Assembly: GCA_024275415.1 (NCBI GenBank)
Contig: JAJRZD010000017.1
Location: 1-32,000 of the forward strand
DNA length: 32,000 nt
Direction: 5' to 3'
Source of the DNA: an archaeon
GTDB taxonomy: Archaea > Asgardarchaeota > Thorarchaeia > Thorarchaeales > Thorarchaeaceae
The position numbers and the translations under genes were made by a program. Numbering within the stretch: position 1 is the stretch's first letter; every line of letters starts with the position of its first letter. Shown one piece after another: positions 18,304-27,473 of the stretch. Below the pieces are notes generated by a model. It was given only the letters and a program-made list of their open reading frames with translations. It was not told the DNA's origin and made no database searches.

Positions 18304-19572
18304 TCATTTGTCCGCCACTTCATATTGGATTGCCAGCTCATTAGGAACCTCCTCAATGCAGTTTCGCTTCCCGTTCCCGACTTCTCCGGCATGTGCCAGA
18401 GCCCATTTAGCTGCAATAGGGCCAACGACTTCTAAGATCATCGTGGAGATAGCAACGACGCTCAAGATGATGGTTCCAAAGATTGCAGCCTCGCCACCCA
18501 GTGCTACAAACTCGGTTTCGATTATCACACTGAGCCCTAAAGCGACGCCAGCTTGGCTTAGAAGGCATATCCCAAGGTACTTCTTCACAGTTGGTTCGGA
18601 TGCTGTTATCGACCCACCAGCACGAGCTCCTAGTACCTTGCCCAGTGTCCTTCCACCGATGTATAGCGCCGTGAGAAGGATAACTATCCAGCCGATATCG
18701 CCTACGAATATCATCAGGTCCGTCTTTGCACCGGCCAGAACAAAGAACAACATGACGATGGGTGCCATGATCACCTCTAGCAACTGGGGGCCTTGCTGCT
18801 TCTCCTCTGGTACGCCATTGCCAACAATCACTCCGAACGCGATAGCAGCAAGGATGTCGTTGAAAGCAAGATAATCTACAATTCCAATCAAGAGAACTAC
18901 TAGGGCAAGTTCCAGCTCTACAATGACACCTTTCTTCTCTTCACGTTTGACAAACATCGCAAAAACGATACCAAAGATACTTCCTACAATGACCGAGCCT
19001 GCTGTCATTATCAATGGGCTGACAATCACAGTAAGTAGCGTGTTGGTCGCAGGCATCAGCACAAAGAGAGCGTATGCAATGGCTGCGTTGGTCAATACAA
19101 CGGCGATGATGTCATCCATTGCTAACACGAACATGAGTGACTCAGTGACGGGCCCTTTGCATTCATGATCCCATATCACATCCGCTGTTGCTGCTGGCGC
19201 GGTAGCGCTTGCGATGGCCCCCAAAATCAATGCAACATACATCTGTTGCGTCACGATGAAGACGAGGATCGTGACCACCCAGAATGCAGCAGTGGCCTCT
19301 AGGATCACGATTAATAGGATCCTACGAATTCTCCCTCCCAGAACGCTTGTCTTCAGTTCGAGACCTATGTTGTATCCAATCAATCCTAGTGCTAATGAGA
19401 ATATCACGCTCAGGGTGTCCACATCTTCACTACTAATGACACCAAATAAGCGTAAAAGAATCCCAGCCATCATGAACCCGACAACTTGGGGAATGCCTAT
19501 TCTTTTGAACACCTTTGAGGCAATGAATGCCATCACAAGACCGATTCCAATGATAATGGGTATGTTCTCCAC
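18304..19572 (-). CDS. Cation:proton antiporter (Na+/H+ exchanger family)
   Basis: About 12 TM segments; 'IPQVVGFMMAG', 'LIGYNIGLEL', 'ASATAPAAT', 'LAMDD' and 'LLSQAGVALGL'. The GTG at 19572 has GGAG upstream (track start 19626). Confidence 0.88.
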   Translation of the reverse strand: MENIPIIIGIGLVMAFIASKVFKRIGIPQVVGFMMAGILLRLFGVISSEDVDTLSVIFSLALGLIGYNIGLELKTSVLGGRIRRILLIVILEATAAFWVVTILVFIVTQQMYVALILGAIASATAPAATADVIWDHECKGPVTESLMFVLAMDDIIAVVLTNAAIAYALFVLMPATNTLLTVIVSPLIMTAGSVIVGSIFGIVFAMFVKREEKKGVIVELELALVVLLIGIVDYLAFNDILAAIAFGVIVGNGVPEEKQQGPQLLEVIMAPIVMLFFVLAGAKTDLMIFVGDIGWIVILLTALYIGGRTLGKVLGARAGGSITASEPTVKKYLGICLLSQAGVALGLSVIIETEFVALGGEAAIFGTIILSVVAISTMILEVVGPIAAKWALAHAGEVGNGKRNCIEEVPNELAIQYEVADK

Positions 19573-19601
19573 AGTTTGCACTCCATCGTCTGATTGTGTT
19601 C

Positions 19602-19805
19602 CTACAGATAAGCTACAGAGAAACACGAAACAACACGGGCCATCAAACTTGGATTGTATGTCGTTTCTCTTTGGATGGTTCCCTGCCGAGTAATACGCTG
19701 CTTGATTTTGAATAACACTAACGATATTGCCGCAGCAAAGAACATGAGAGTCACTGAAATGACAAACTCCTCAAATAGTTCGAGTAGCTCAAAGAATGCC
19801 ATCAT
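19602..19805 (-). CDS. Small hypothetical single-TM protein
   Basis: 67 aa with one hydrophobic stretch followed by KIKQR; GGTGA upstream. Confidence 0.45.
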   Translation of the reverse strand: MMAFFELLELFEEFVISVTLMFFAAAISLVLFKIKQRITRQGTIQRETTYNPSLMARVVSCFSVAYL

Positions 19806-20163
19806 TGTTCACCCAGGTATTTTACCCGTCTAGCTTGTCTGTAAGCAGTACCTATCCTCTTCACTAAGTATAGTTTATAATCTATTCTATATGATACTAG
19901 TATATTCAAACTTTAATCTATTACAAACGTAATTAATTTGCTAAATAATTTACCTATAACAATTAGAAAATGTTTATTGGATTTCCAACCCGTCAAAAAC
20001 ACATTTGACTTGATGGTGATTTTGCAAGACCCATTTGTTATTGAATGGAGTCTTCTGTGATGTTACATCTGCACATCTACACTGGCGTTCGAGCGGGTTT
20101 CATTTGATATAACCGAATCTTTATTCTGGGAAGCACACCGGAGGTTGTAAAGGTGGAACGCGA

Positions 20164-21246
20164 TTGAATTACCATGTGGTGCTGACACGAAGGTGCAACC
20201 TAAATTGTCTGTATTGTCATGGTGGTGAGGAGGCTGGTCTGTACACTGAGATAAGCTACTCCCTAGATGACCTTGAACAGTTCCTTTCCACCGATCCAGA
20301 TCCGCAACTGATGTTGTATGGAGGCGAGCCCACTCTTCGAGTTGGGATGATTACAAAACTAATGGATCGATTTCCCCAAGTCCGATTCATGTTGCAGACA
20401 AATGCCCTACGATTGGACAGCATCCCACCTGAGTATGTCAGAAGGTTCCATTCGATCCTCGTGTCAATCGATGGTCCCGTGGAAACCACCGACCATTATC
20501 GCTCTAAAGGAGTCTATTCGAGGGTAATTAAGAACGTACGTTGGCTGAGAGAGATTGGGTATGGTGGCGATGTAGTGGCAAGAATGGCAGTATCGCAGGA
20601 AAGTGACATCTACCGTGATGTACGTCATCTTCTAGACCTTAGAAATCCTCACTTTGACCACGTACACTGGCAGCTGAACGTCATATGGGATGCAGAGGGG
20701 AACTGGCATGATTTTGACGGTTGGTTGAGAACGAGCTATTACCCAGGGATACGAAGTCTTGTACATGATTGGGTCGAGTCCATGCGTAACGGGACTGTAG
20801 AAGGCATTGTACCATTCATCCCGCTTACGAGGTCTCTGCTGACCGGAGAGGCATCGTCGTTACACTGTGGTTCTGGTATCGATACTTTTGCGATTCATGT
20901 TGACGGCTCGATTGGTATTTGCCCCATCTCCCCAGATTGGGACTTCTCCATAGTTGGGAACATCCACGACACGAGCCCCTCTGAACTGCGTGATGTCATG
21001 CACGTCGACGAGCCATGTCCTAGCTGTGACGAGTACTGGCTATGCGGCGGACGATGCCTATTTGCCAACAAAGAACGGCTTTGGGGCGATAAAGGCTTTG
21101 AGAAAGTATGTTCCACCGTGAAATTCCTGATACAGGAACTCAAGAAGGCACTCCCTGAGATCGGACAACTTCTGAGGGCAGGAATGATCGATATTACCGA
21201 TTTCGACTATCCCGAATTCAACAACGGCTGTGAGGTCATACCCTAG
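20164..21246 (+). CDS. Radical SAM/SPASM enzyme, AF0577 / TIGR04084-like putative peptide-modifying family
   Basis: CNLNCLYC (CxxxCxxC), YGGEP, LQTN and VSIDG; SPASM-type cysteines (HCGSG, ICP, CPSCDEYWLCGGRC); C-terminal NNGCEVIP. Confidence 0.85.
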   Translation: MNYHVVLTRRCNLNCLYCHGGEEAGLYTEISYSLDDLEQFLSTDPDPQLMLYGGEPTLRVGMITKLMDRFPQVRFMLQTNALRLDSIPPEYVRRFHSILVSIDGPVETTDHYRSKGVYSRVIKNVRWLREIGYGGDVVARMAVSQESDIYRDVRHLLDLRNPHFDHVHWQLNVIWDAEGNWHDFDGWLRTSYYPGIRSLVHDWVESMRNGTVEGIVPFIPLTRSLLTGEASSLHCGSGIDTFAIHVDGSIGICPISPDWDFSIVGNIHDTSPSELRDVMHVDEPCPSCDEYWLCGGRCLFANKERLWGDKGFEKVCSTVKFLIQELKKALPEIGQLLRAGMIDITDFDYPEFNNGCEVIP

Positions 21247-21248
21247 CA

Positions 21249-21758
21249 TCAGTCTTCTTCAATCACATCTTCTTCGAGTAGGTGCTTTTGCATCACGACA
21301 ATCTCCTCTCCCTCTCTTACAGTCCTATCAATGACCTCATAGCCAAGATTCTCATAGAATTTCTGCTGCTCCTCGATAGCATTGTAGACATCGATCTCGA
21401 TATAAGCAGCACCCATATGTTCCAATAGATTCTCTCCGTATTGCACTAGGCGTGTACCAATCTTCCTTTTTCTGTATTGCGACAATACTGCAACACGGCT
21501 TATGACACCGGTGTTGCCCCTCATTTGAACCCGCATACACCCGACCACTGTGTCACCGACAAGTGCGACATATTGTGTTCCCATCTGGATATGCCGTGAG
21601 ATCTTGTCAAGTCCTTCCTGTAGTGCTCCAGGCGTGCGAGATAGTTGCTTCTTGACCTTCGTATAGGCATCCTTGACTATGGATTTGATGACATCCACTT
21701 CTGAGAGGTGTGCTCGACGAATGATTATTTCAGAGTAGTTGTAAATCGGCATTACCAC
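21249..21758 (-). CDS. GNAT family N-acetyltransferase
   Basis: 'ISRVAVLSQYRKRKIGTRLV' acetyl-CoA-binding motif A; 'QKFYENLGYE'. Confidence 0.9.
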   Translation of the reverse strand: MVMPIYNYSEIIIRRAHLSEVDVIKSIVKDAYTKVKKQLSRTPGALQEGLDKISRHIQMGTQYVALVGDTVVGCMRVQMRGNTGVISRVAVLSQYRKRKIGTRLVQYGENLLEHMGAAYIEIDVYNAIEEQQKFYENLGYEVIDRTVREGEEIVVMQKHLLEEDVIEED

Positions 21759-21846
21759 CTATTGGATTGTGTTCACCATGGGATGTACATAATACCATAT
21801 ATGATTTAGGCATGATACACATTTTGACAGAATACAGTACCACGAT

Positions 21847-22341
21847 GTGAAGGCAATGGTGGCCGAGATTCGAGTTCTCCCTATGGGTGCAGAAGACATG
21901 AACTGGGCGGTTGAATTGTGGGAGCGAAGGTGGAATGGTGACACCGTCATCTCAAGGGGCAAAATTCACAGACTATCTGACGTTTCTGGACTTGTGGCAT
22001 TCGTAGACTCGGAGCGCGTCGTACTCTTGACCTACTCCACAACGAACAATGCTCTGGAAATCGTTTCGCTCGATAGTCTCATGGAGGGTGTTGGGATTGG
22101 CACTGCACTAGTGGATTACTGCATCCAACTCGCAATCAAGAAACACATCAAACGGCTCTGGTTGGTGACTACAAATGACAATGTGGATGCCTTGCGATTC
22201 TACCAGCGCAAGGGGTTCATCCTCTACGCTCTACACAAGGACGCGATTAAACGTTCTAGGAAACTGAAACCAACTATCCCACAGGTAGGTATGTATGGGA
22301 TTCCCATCCGTGACGAGATCGAGCTCGAGTACATCCTGTGA
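21847..22341 (+). CDS. GNAT family N-acetyltransferase
   Basis: 'EIVSLDS...GVGIGTALV' and 'LWLVTTNDNVDALRFYQRKGF'. Confidence 0.9.
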   Translation: MKAMVAEIRVLPMGAEDMNWAVELWERRWNGDTVISRGKIHRLSDVSGLVAFVDSERVVLLTYSTTNNALEIVSLDSLMEGVGIGTALVDYCIQLAIKKHIKRLWLVTTNDNVDALRFYQRKGFILYALHKDAIKRSRKLKPTIPQVGMYGIPIRDEIELEYIL

Positions 22342-22424
22342 GTCTGGACGGGAGTCGTTGGTTCCGGCAGTGCTTAGGTTTAATAGACATCGGGGGTTCG
22401 TTTTCGGTATCAGGAGGTCACCTA

Positions 22425-22580
22425 TTGACTGACAAGAACAAAGGCGATGAGAAAGAGGTCGTAGACTCCAAGAAACTCAGCGAACGCGACAAGAAGCAGA
22501 TCCAAGAAGGAGCATGCGTGAACTGTGCATTAATCTCCTTCATTTTTATTGCAATCTCGATACTCGCGATGGTTCTTTAG
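22425..22580 (+). CDS. Small tail-anchored hypothetical protein (51 aa)
   Basis: TTG at 22425 follows GGAGGTCA; charged N-terminus, a CVNC motif, then a C-terminal TM. It is in frame with track ORF 22338-22580. Confidence 0.55.
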   Translation: MTDKNKGDEKEVVDSKKLSERDKKQIQEGACVNCALISFIFIAISILAMVL

Positions 22581-22740
22581 GATATATTTACTACAGCTGC
22601 ACAGAACTTGAACACATATGTAATGGTATATTCTGAAGAACAAGCAGTTAGTGTATTAGGAGTTGATGGCGGTACTAGTACAACAGTGGTCGAGGATTAC
22701 TACTGGTTCTACTTAGCAAGACCGAGTAAAAAAGACAAGA

Positions 22741-22769
22741 GCGGGGTTTCTTGAGAACCCCTTCTTTTT
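22741..22769. terminator. Probable bidirectional terminator between convergent genes
   Basis: GGGGTT(T)-loop-(G)AACCCC stem at 22743-22761, with TTCTTTTT downstream and an A-rich tract upstream. Confidence 0.55.
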
Positions 22770-22775
22770 CTGATA

Positions 22776-24170
22776 CTATTCCTCATCCTCGTCGTCGCCC
22801 AGACGTTTAGGCGCACCGAGTCTCCTGCTTGAATCCACGGAGAGGCGTTTTGGATCGGGGGCAGACAGACTATGTCCTTGCTTGCCTGCTTTGATTCCTT
22901 CGGCTTGCTCGCTTGCCCACGACTCGCCAGGATCTGGTGTCACCTCTGCGATTTCTTCATCCACCTCGTCGGGGCTGTATGTAGCACCCTCTTCCCGGGC
23001 ATGCTCGACAATTCGCTCAAGTCGCTCGGTCTTCAAATAGTAGAGCATGGATATGGTTGCAGCAATGGGGAATGCGATGAGCTTTGCAATGTCCCTGAAC
23101 ACCCAAGTCGCGAGTTGTGCGGACTCGGTTGCAACCCAGCTTCCAAACCAGTCAGCTATGATTGTACTCGACCCGCTCAGGGCAATGATTGAATCCACGA
23201 AGAAGAAGCTGCTTGCTAAGAAGAACGTCAGGAGCGGTCCGAAATCACGAAGGCGGGAACGTGACTCTTCCACTGAGCTGGTTATTGTCGTTCCAATGCC
23301 ACTCAGCGCATATGCGAGGAAGAAGAGGGTCAATATGAGGTCTTGAGCCTCAATGCGTGGAGCTCCAGTCCTTCGCATGATGTTCACAAGGAAGTAACCT
23401 GCATATAGTCCGATGAAGACGACCAGCAGCGAGATGTTAAGTGCTGCTCCTTTTCGTGCGTATTTAAAGAACGCGAACAATGATACCAGAGCGAACAGAC
23501 CCATCATTGCATAAGCAATGACAATAAGCTCATACTGGTTCGTTATGTTTGTCACTGCTGACGAAAAGATACCAGTAACCGCAGTTCCAGCTCCAAGGAT
23601 ATCGTTGGGAATCAATACGAGCGCTGCTAGGGCCTCTGCCCCGATGATGCCAAGACCGATTATCAGGATTATGAAACTGCCAATCCCAATCGCAAATCCG
23701 CCCTTCTTTGGTTCCACTATGGAAGTAAGCCGCAAGCTGGTTCGTGAGGACAGGAATGCCTGAAATGCGATCCAGCCTACCCAACCAAATGCTGCAAAAA
23801 TGTACAGGGCTGCTGAACCAAGTCCGACGCCCAACGCCACTGCAATGGCAAACGAGAGTGCAAGCCATACAGCGCCTTTGAGTTCGGTGACCTTCCCACG
23901 GCCTCTTCTTGTTATCCACAGGTTATCCAGCCCTAACCCCGTAAAGAGCGTGCCCAGTCCAAAGTAGATCGCACCTGTCGCACCAGCGTAGACGAATGTT
24001 GTGGTCAGCACCAACTCGACACTTGAACCAGCTGTAGCAGCTATGATGATCGAGAAGAATATCGATAGAAAAACTGTGACGACGAAGACGATGAGGTAGG
24101 CAACGTATCGCTTCGTCTTGAAAAAGACACCAAGTCCTTCAATCATGTTTGAGAGAATAGGGATTTCCAA
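22776..24170 (-). CDS. Multi-pass hypothetical membrane protein with an acidic cytoplasmic tail
   Basis: About 10 hydrophobic helices; the TTG start is preceded by GGAGGTAA. Confidence 0.8.
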   Translation of the reverse strand: MEIPILSNMIEGLGVFFKTKRYVAYLIVFVVTVFLSIFFSIIIAATAGSSVELVLTTTFVYAGATGAIYFGLGTLFTGLGLDNLWITRRGRGKVTELKGAVWLALSFAIAVALGVGLGSAALYIFAAFGWVGWIAFQAFLSSRTSLRLTSIVEPKKGGFAIGIGSFIILIIGLGIIGAEALAALVLIPNDILGAGTAVTGIFSSAVTNITNQYELIVIAYAMMGLFALVSLFAFFKYARKGAALNISLLVVFIGLYAGYFLVNIMRRTGAPRIEAQDLILTLFFLAYALSGIGTTITSSVEESRSRLRDFGPLLTFFLASSFFFVDSIIALSGSSTIIADWFGSWVATESAQLATWVFRDIAKLIAFPIAATISMLYYLKTERLERIVEHAREEGATYSPDEVDEEIAEVTPDPGESWASEQAEGIKAGKQGHSLSAPDPKRLSVDSSRRLGAPKRLGDDEDEE

Positions 24171-24256
24171 ATGATTACCTCCCTTATGCTATATGCTTGT
24201 GACCTCCGAGAGTTATAAGGTTTGCATCTTCGTCTACATATGACGTTTTCAGAAAC

Positions 24257-24280
24257 TGTTATTTGATAAAATAAATAACA
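24257..24280. repeat. Perfect 8-8-8 inverted repeat TGTTATTT-GATAAAAT-AAATAACA
   Basis: Read directly from the sequence. Confidence 0.8.
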
Positions 24281-24350
24281 TCGGATATTCAAAGACATTT
24301 TGAAAATGAGGTAACTTTAAGAGGGAATCCGCTTCAAAAACTAATGTGGT

Positions 24351-24482
24351 CGGAAACTAACAAGGCCTAGTTTTCGTATTATGACCCATGCATGAGGTCA
24401 TATAAAGAGCGAAGGCTTTAAGGCTTAGTTCCGAGCATAGAAACAAGTGGCCGGATCTCTGTGACAGGGCCTAGTTTTCGTA
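24351..24482. repeat. Direct repeats GGCCTAGTTTTCGTA (24364-24378 and 24468-24482), with a degenerate copy at 24422-24433 and an inverted partial copy at 24351-24361
   Basis: Exact 15-bp duplication 104 bp apart, read directly. Confidence 0.85.
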
Positions 24483-24785
24483 AAAACGCGGACACTTTCG
24501 TTCGCGATGCGGAACATGCCCTCATTACACAAACTCCCCCCCTCCTACCACGATAGCCTTGTCATGGATCCGGTCACACCTTAATTATCGCACAAGAACA
24601 TTTCCCAACCCTCAGATACTGACACTGACCACAAACTCGAGCAGGCGGCCAGCAATATCCCTTTCCTCGAGGAAGCTGAACCCCCACGTCAACGTTTCAT
24701 CACGTGAAAGAAATTCGAGGGTTGGTAAAAATAAATGGAAACAACACATTCAAATGCGGAAAAAGCAGTAATAATTTCTGTCTGA

Positions 24786-24958
24786 GCACTTCGATTTTCG
24801 CTTAGCGTAGCGAAGTGCGGGACACTGAGGCCATCAGTCCGAGGGATTCCCCAAAATCCCTCACTCTCTGTTTTGGGGCGGAGATACACAGTCTTCCTAT
24901 GAGCTCTGCCTCGAGCGGGGCCATTCCTGCGTGCAGGAAGTGGATCCTCTCAAGGGTC
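24786..24958 (+). other. Cluster of consecutive stem-loops upstream of the accessory operon (possible structured leader, ncRNA or origin)
   Basis: GCACTTCG/CGAAGTGC (24786-24818); GGA(CA)CTGA/TCAGTCC (24820-24840); GAGGGATT/AATCCCTC (24841-24862); TTCCTGC-GT-GCAGGAA near 24923-24938; GATCCT/AGGGTC near 24942-24957. Confidence 0.55.
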
Positions 24959-24981
24959 TAGTGGGAAGGAGTTGATTCGAC

Positions 24982-26040
24982 ATGCCAAAACAAAAGAAAG
25001 TAACTGTCGTACACCGGCAGGACGTTCCTGCTGGAAAAATCATCGGACTAGCTCTTGTCGTGATGATCATTGTTGGAGCCGGCGTCGTTGGGATTATATT
25101 TTTGACCACCGGGCAACTGCCTAACTGGCCCGGAGGCACAGGTGGACAGAACACCAACACAACGACCACAACTACTACGACCACGCCGGGTGGTCAAGTG
25201 GCCACATTGACGTGGGAATTCACAGTCCCGGACAACTGGGGTTCAGGACTCGCCTCTGGGGTACATGTCCAGATACGGGGAGAGTCGGGAACACTTGAAG
25301 AAGGCGAAACGTCCTCATCAGGGATATTCACAACTAGCCTCTCATATACTAGCATGGAATACTATGATATTCTTATCGGGAACGGAACAGACGGCTGGGT
25401 GCCGTTCTGGTATCGGAATGTACAAGTCCCGTTATACAACGGGCTAGTCATATCTGGAGCGAAACACAGATCCACACTGTCGGCATATGACTTGGGCACA
25501 TTCTCTTTACAAATCACGTATGGTGCATCAAGGACTAGCATAGCAGATGGAGGCTCATGGAACAAGACCGCCGACGCGGACAAGCAAGAAACCTTCTACT
25601 TCACTGTCCGCAATACTGAAGCGGACAGCGGGTGGATGACATCGGACAACCCAATCTATGATGGTATAGGAGGGTTCGATGACCTACTGAGTAGCGCGGT
25701 GTTAGTTATCGCATTCAACGGGAGCGAGTATCAAGATGTTGAATGGACAAACAATCCATATCCGAGCGATAATGACGGCGCTCGTACAGAGTATTTCATC
25801 GCCCTATCTGATTCGGATGTGACCTACGACTTGGATGAGTATGGTCAGCCAATTTCATCTGGATCTCGTGAAGTGAGTGCGCTACTGGATTTCAGTAATG
25901 TTGCGGGAGCGACTGTGGATATCGTGTTCAGTCTGATTCTTGGTGTAGATGTGGCATGGTTGCAAGACCATACGGGTCTTCCAAGCTCGAGTGTCCAATG
26001 GACACAGCAGACGGACATGCTAATCAACATTGTCAACTAG
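24982..26040 (+). CDS. N-terminally anchored secreted protein with a Thr-rich linker; candidate major structural protein
   Basis: GGAGTTGA SD; basic N-terminus, TM helix, GGTGGQNTNTTTTTTTTTPGG linker, beta-rich acidic ectodomain with sequons; followed by a terminator-like hairpin. Confidence 0.8.
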   Translation: MPKQKKVTVVHRQDVPAGKIIGLALVVMIIVGAGVVGIIFLTTGQLPNWPGGTGGQNTNTTTTTTTTTPGGQVATLTWEFTVPDNWGSGLASGVHVQIRGESGTLEEGETSSSGIFTTSLSYTSMEYYDILIGNGTDGWVPFWYRNVQVPLYNGLVISGAKHRSTLSAYDLGTFSLQITYGASRTSIADGGSWNKTADADKQETFYFTVRNTEADSGWMTSDNPIYDGIGGFDDLLSSAVLVIAFNGSEYQDVEWTNNPYPSDNDGARTEYFIALSDSDVTYDLDEYGQPISSGSREVSALLDFSNVAGATVDIVFSLILGVDVAWLQDHTGLPSSSVQWTQQTDMLINIVN

Positions 26041-26067
26041 CCCTTCTGGGCTAGCCCTTCTCTTTTT
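26037..26067 (+). terminator. Intra-operon hairpin plus T-tract after the first operon gene
   Basis: CTAGCCC-TTCT-GGGCTAG (26037-26054) followed by CCCTTCTCTTTTT; CTAGCCCTTCT also occurs twice as an 11-bp direct repeat. Confidence 0.6.
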
Positions 26068-26080
26068 GGAGTTGATTAAT

Positions 26081-26743
26081 GTGCCAAAATCGAAGAGAAA
26101 GTCTCAAAGTAGAAGTTCACTGACACGAATGAGTGCCTGCGCAGGCATAGGGTCTTTTATGATCTCTCTCGTGATGCTGATGGTTCTGATAGGTCCGAGT
26201 CTCGGACTAACTGTTGTCGACAACACACCAGATGCGCCAACAGACCCTGTTTTTGATATCGCAGTGCGTATCTACGCGAACGGAATCTCGTACACTCCAA
26301 CTGAGTTCGACTCGGCTACGGTGTCTGGCATCATCACCATCTATGCTGACGTAATGCAAGGATCTGACATACCGTCGACTATCTTCATGGATGTGACACC
26401 TGACGGTGCGAACTCGCCGATGCTGTCTGCACCACTGCAACAATCAACATATGACCAGAATTCCTGGTCTGTCGAGTTCGACACGACTACAATTGAGGAT
26501 GGAGTCTACTGGTTCAAGGTCAAGGCAACTGGAACCAATTCGGCTGGAGACCCTGTGATAATACAGCTCGCAACATTTGGACTTTCCATGGATACAGGAC
26601 GAGGGACTGGAACGAGTGATGTGAACGGAGCTGACGTTGATACGACCGGTGTACTGTCGGGAATCCTTGGAATCATGGCTCTCGTCCTGATCTCACTTTT
26701 CATCTCGTTGGTCGTGCTATTCGGATTCGCCAAGATCGGGTGA
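26081..26743 (+). CDS. Membrane protein with N- and C-terminal TM helices and an Ig-like ectodomain
   Basis: Start reassigned to the GTG at 26081 (GGAGTTGA SD). Basic PKSKRK N-terminus, TM, beta-sandwich-like 'WSVEFDTTTIEDGVYWFKVKAT', C-terminal TM. Confidence 0.8.
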   Translation: MPKSKRKSQSRSSLTRMSACAGIGSFMISLVMLMVLIGPSLGLTVVDNTPDAPTDPVFDIAVRIYANGISYTPTEFDSATVSGIITIYADVMQGSDIPSTIFMDVTPDGANSPMLSAPLQQSTYDQNSWSVEFDTTTIEDGVYWFKVKATGTNSAGDPVIIQLATFGLSMDTGRGTGTSDVNGADVDTTGVLSGILGIMALVLISLFISLVVLFGFAKIG

Positions 26744-26789
26744 TACAATGCCGCGACAGGTAGGTCACAGATCAGCTAGGGAGGTTTCA

Positions 26790-27473
26790 ATGACCTCCCG
26801 CGATTTTTCTATCATTATAAACAAAGCCGATGTGATGCTCAGCATCTTCTCATTTGCCATTGCAATGTTCTTTATAACGGGATTTAGGTTATTTCCAGAA
26901 TACGCACAAATAGCGTGGATATTCCTCGGCTACCAACTAGCTGGCTGGGTGGGCATTATTGTCGAGGAACTTCTTTTGAGTTCGCGTACGAAAAATGACG
27001 CGATACGCATCTACAATTCAGAGCCGGACTTGGAGTACTGGTTGAATGTAGTCACGATTGGATTGCTTGTGTTCGTGGGAATCATAGTCGCGCAAGTCAT
27101 AACTTTCAGTCTTGATTTAAGTATCTCAACATTTCAGGATCTCAATGTCATTGACAGGCTCTTTGGTTTTCTAGCTGGCGACTCTGAAGAGGTGTTCTTC
27201 AGGGGTTTGCTCTTGCGCTGGACTCTTCGCGCCCTGCAGGCTGTTGATACGAGCTCCGCATTCCAACTCATAATGGTAATTGTAGCAGTCATCATCAATT
27301 CTACGATATTCGCAGTCATGCATGTGTTTGTATACGGCCAGGATTTCTCGAAGATCTTTGCAGTATTCGTGAGCACGATTCCAATCTGTGCTGGCTACCT
27401 CGCATCAAGAAGCATGACTTCCTCCAGAATCGGTCACATCATACTAAACGCAGGGCTAAGGGTGGTGATATAG
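26790..27473 (+). CDS. CPBP (CAAX/Rce1/Abi-type) intramembrane glutamic metalloprotease
   Basis: EEVFFRG (EExxxR), FAVMH (FxxxH) and HIILN (HxxxN) motifs. The ATG at 26790 follows GGAGG (track start 26748). Confidence 0.88.
   Translation: MTSRDFSIIINKADVMLSIFSFAIAMFFITGFRLFPEYAQIAWIFLGYQLAGWVGIIVEELLLSSRTKNDAIRIYNSEPDLEYWLNVVTIGLLVFVGIIVAQVITFSLDLSISTFQDLNVIDRLFGFLAGDSEEVFFRGLLLRWTLRALQAVDTSSAFQLIMVIVAVIINSTIFAVMHVFVYGQDFSKIFAVFVSTIPICAGYLASRSMTSSRIGHIILNAGLRVVI

Noticed and set aside
24559-24889. Short ORFs 24559-24771 (+) and 24689-24889 (-)
   Set aside because: No SD or recognisable motif, and they overlap repeat and hairpin sequence. I treated the region as non-coding, though small genes cannot be excluded.
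24780-24900. Hammerhead ribozyme suggested by CTGAG followed by stems
   Set aside because: The conserved CUGAnGA...GAAA core is not present in the right arrangement.
26038-26079. Readthrough of the first operon gene's TAG
   Set aside because: It would add only 12 residues before a TAA and joins no downstream ORF; the hairpin and T-tract fit termination better.
26030-26080. Track start for the second operon gene
   Set aside because: It overlaps the previous gene's end and the hairpin; the GTG at 26081 has the same GGAGTTGA SD as the first gene.
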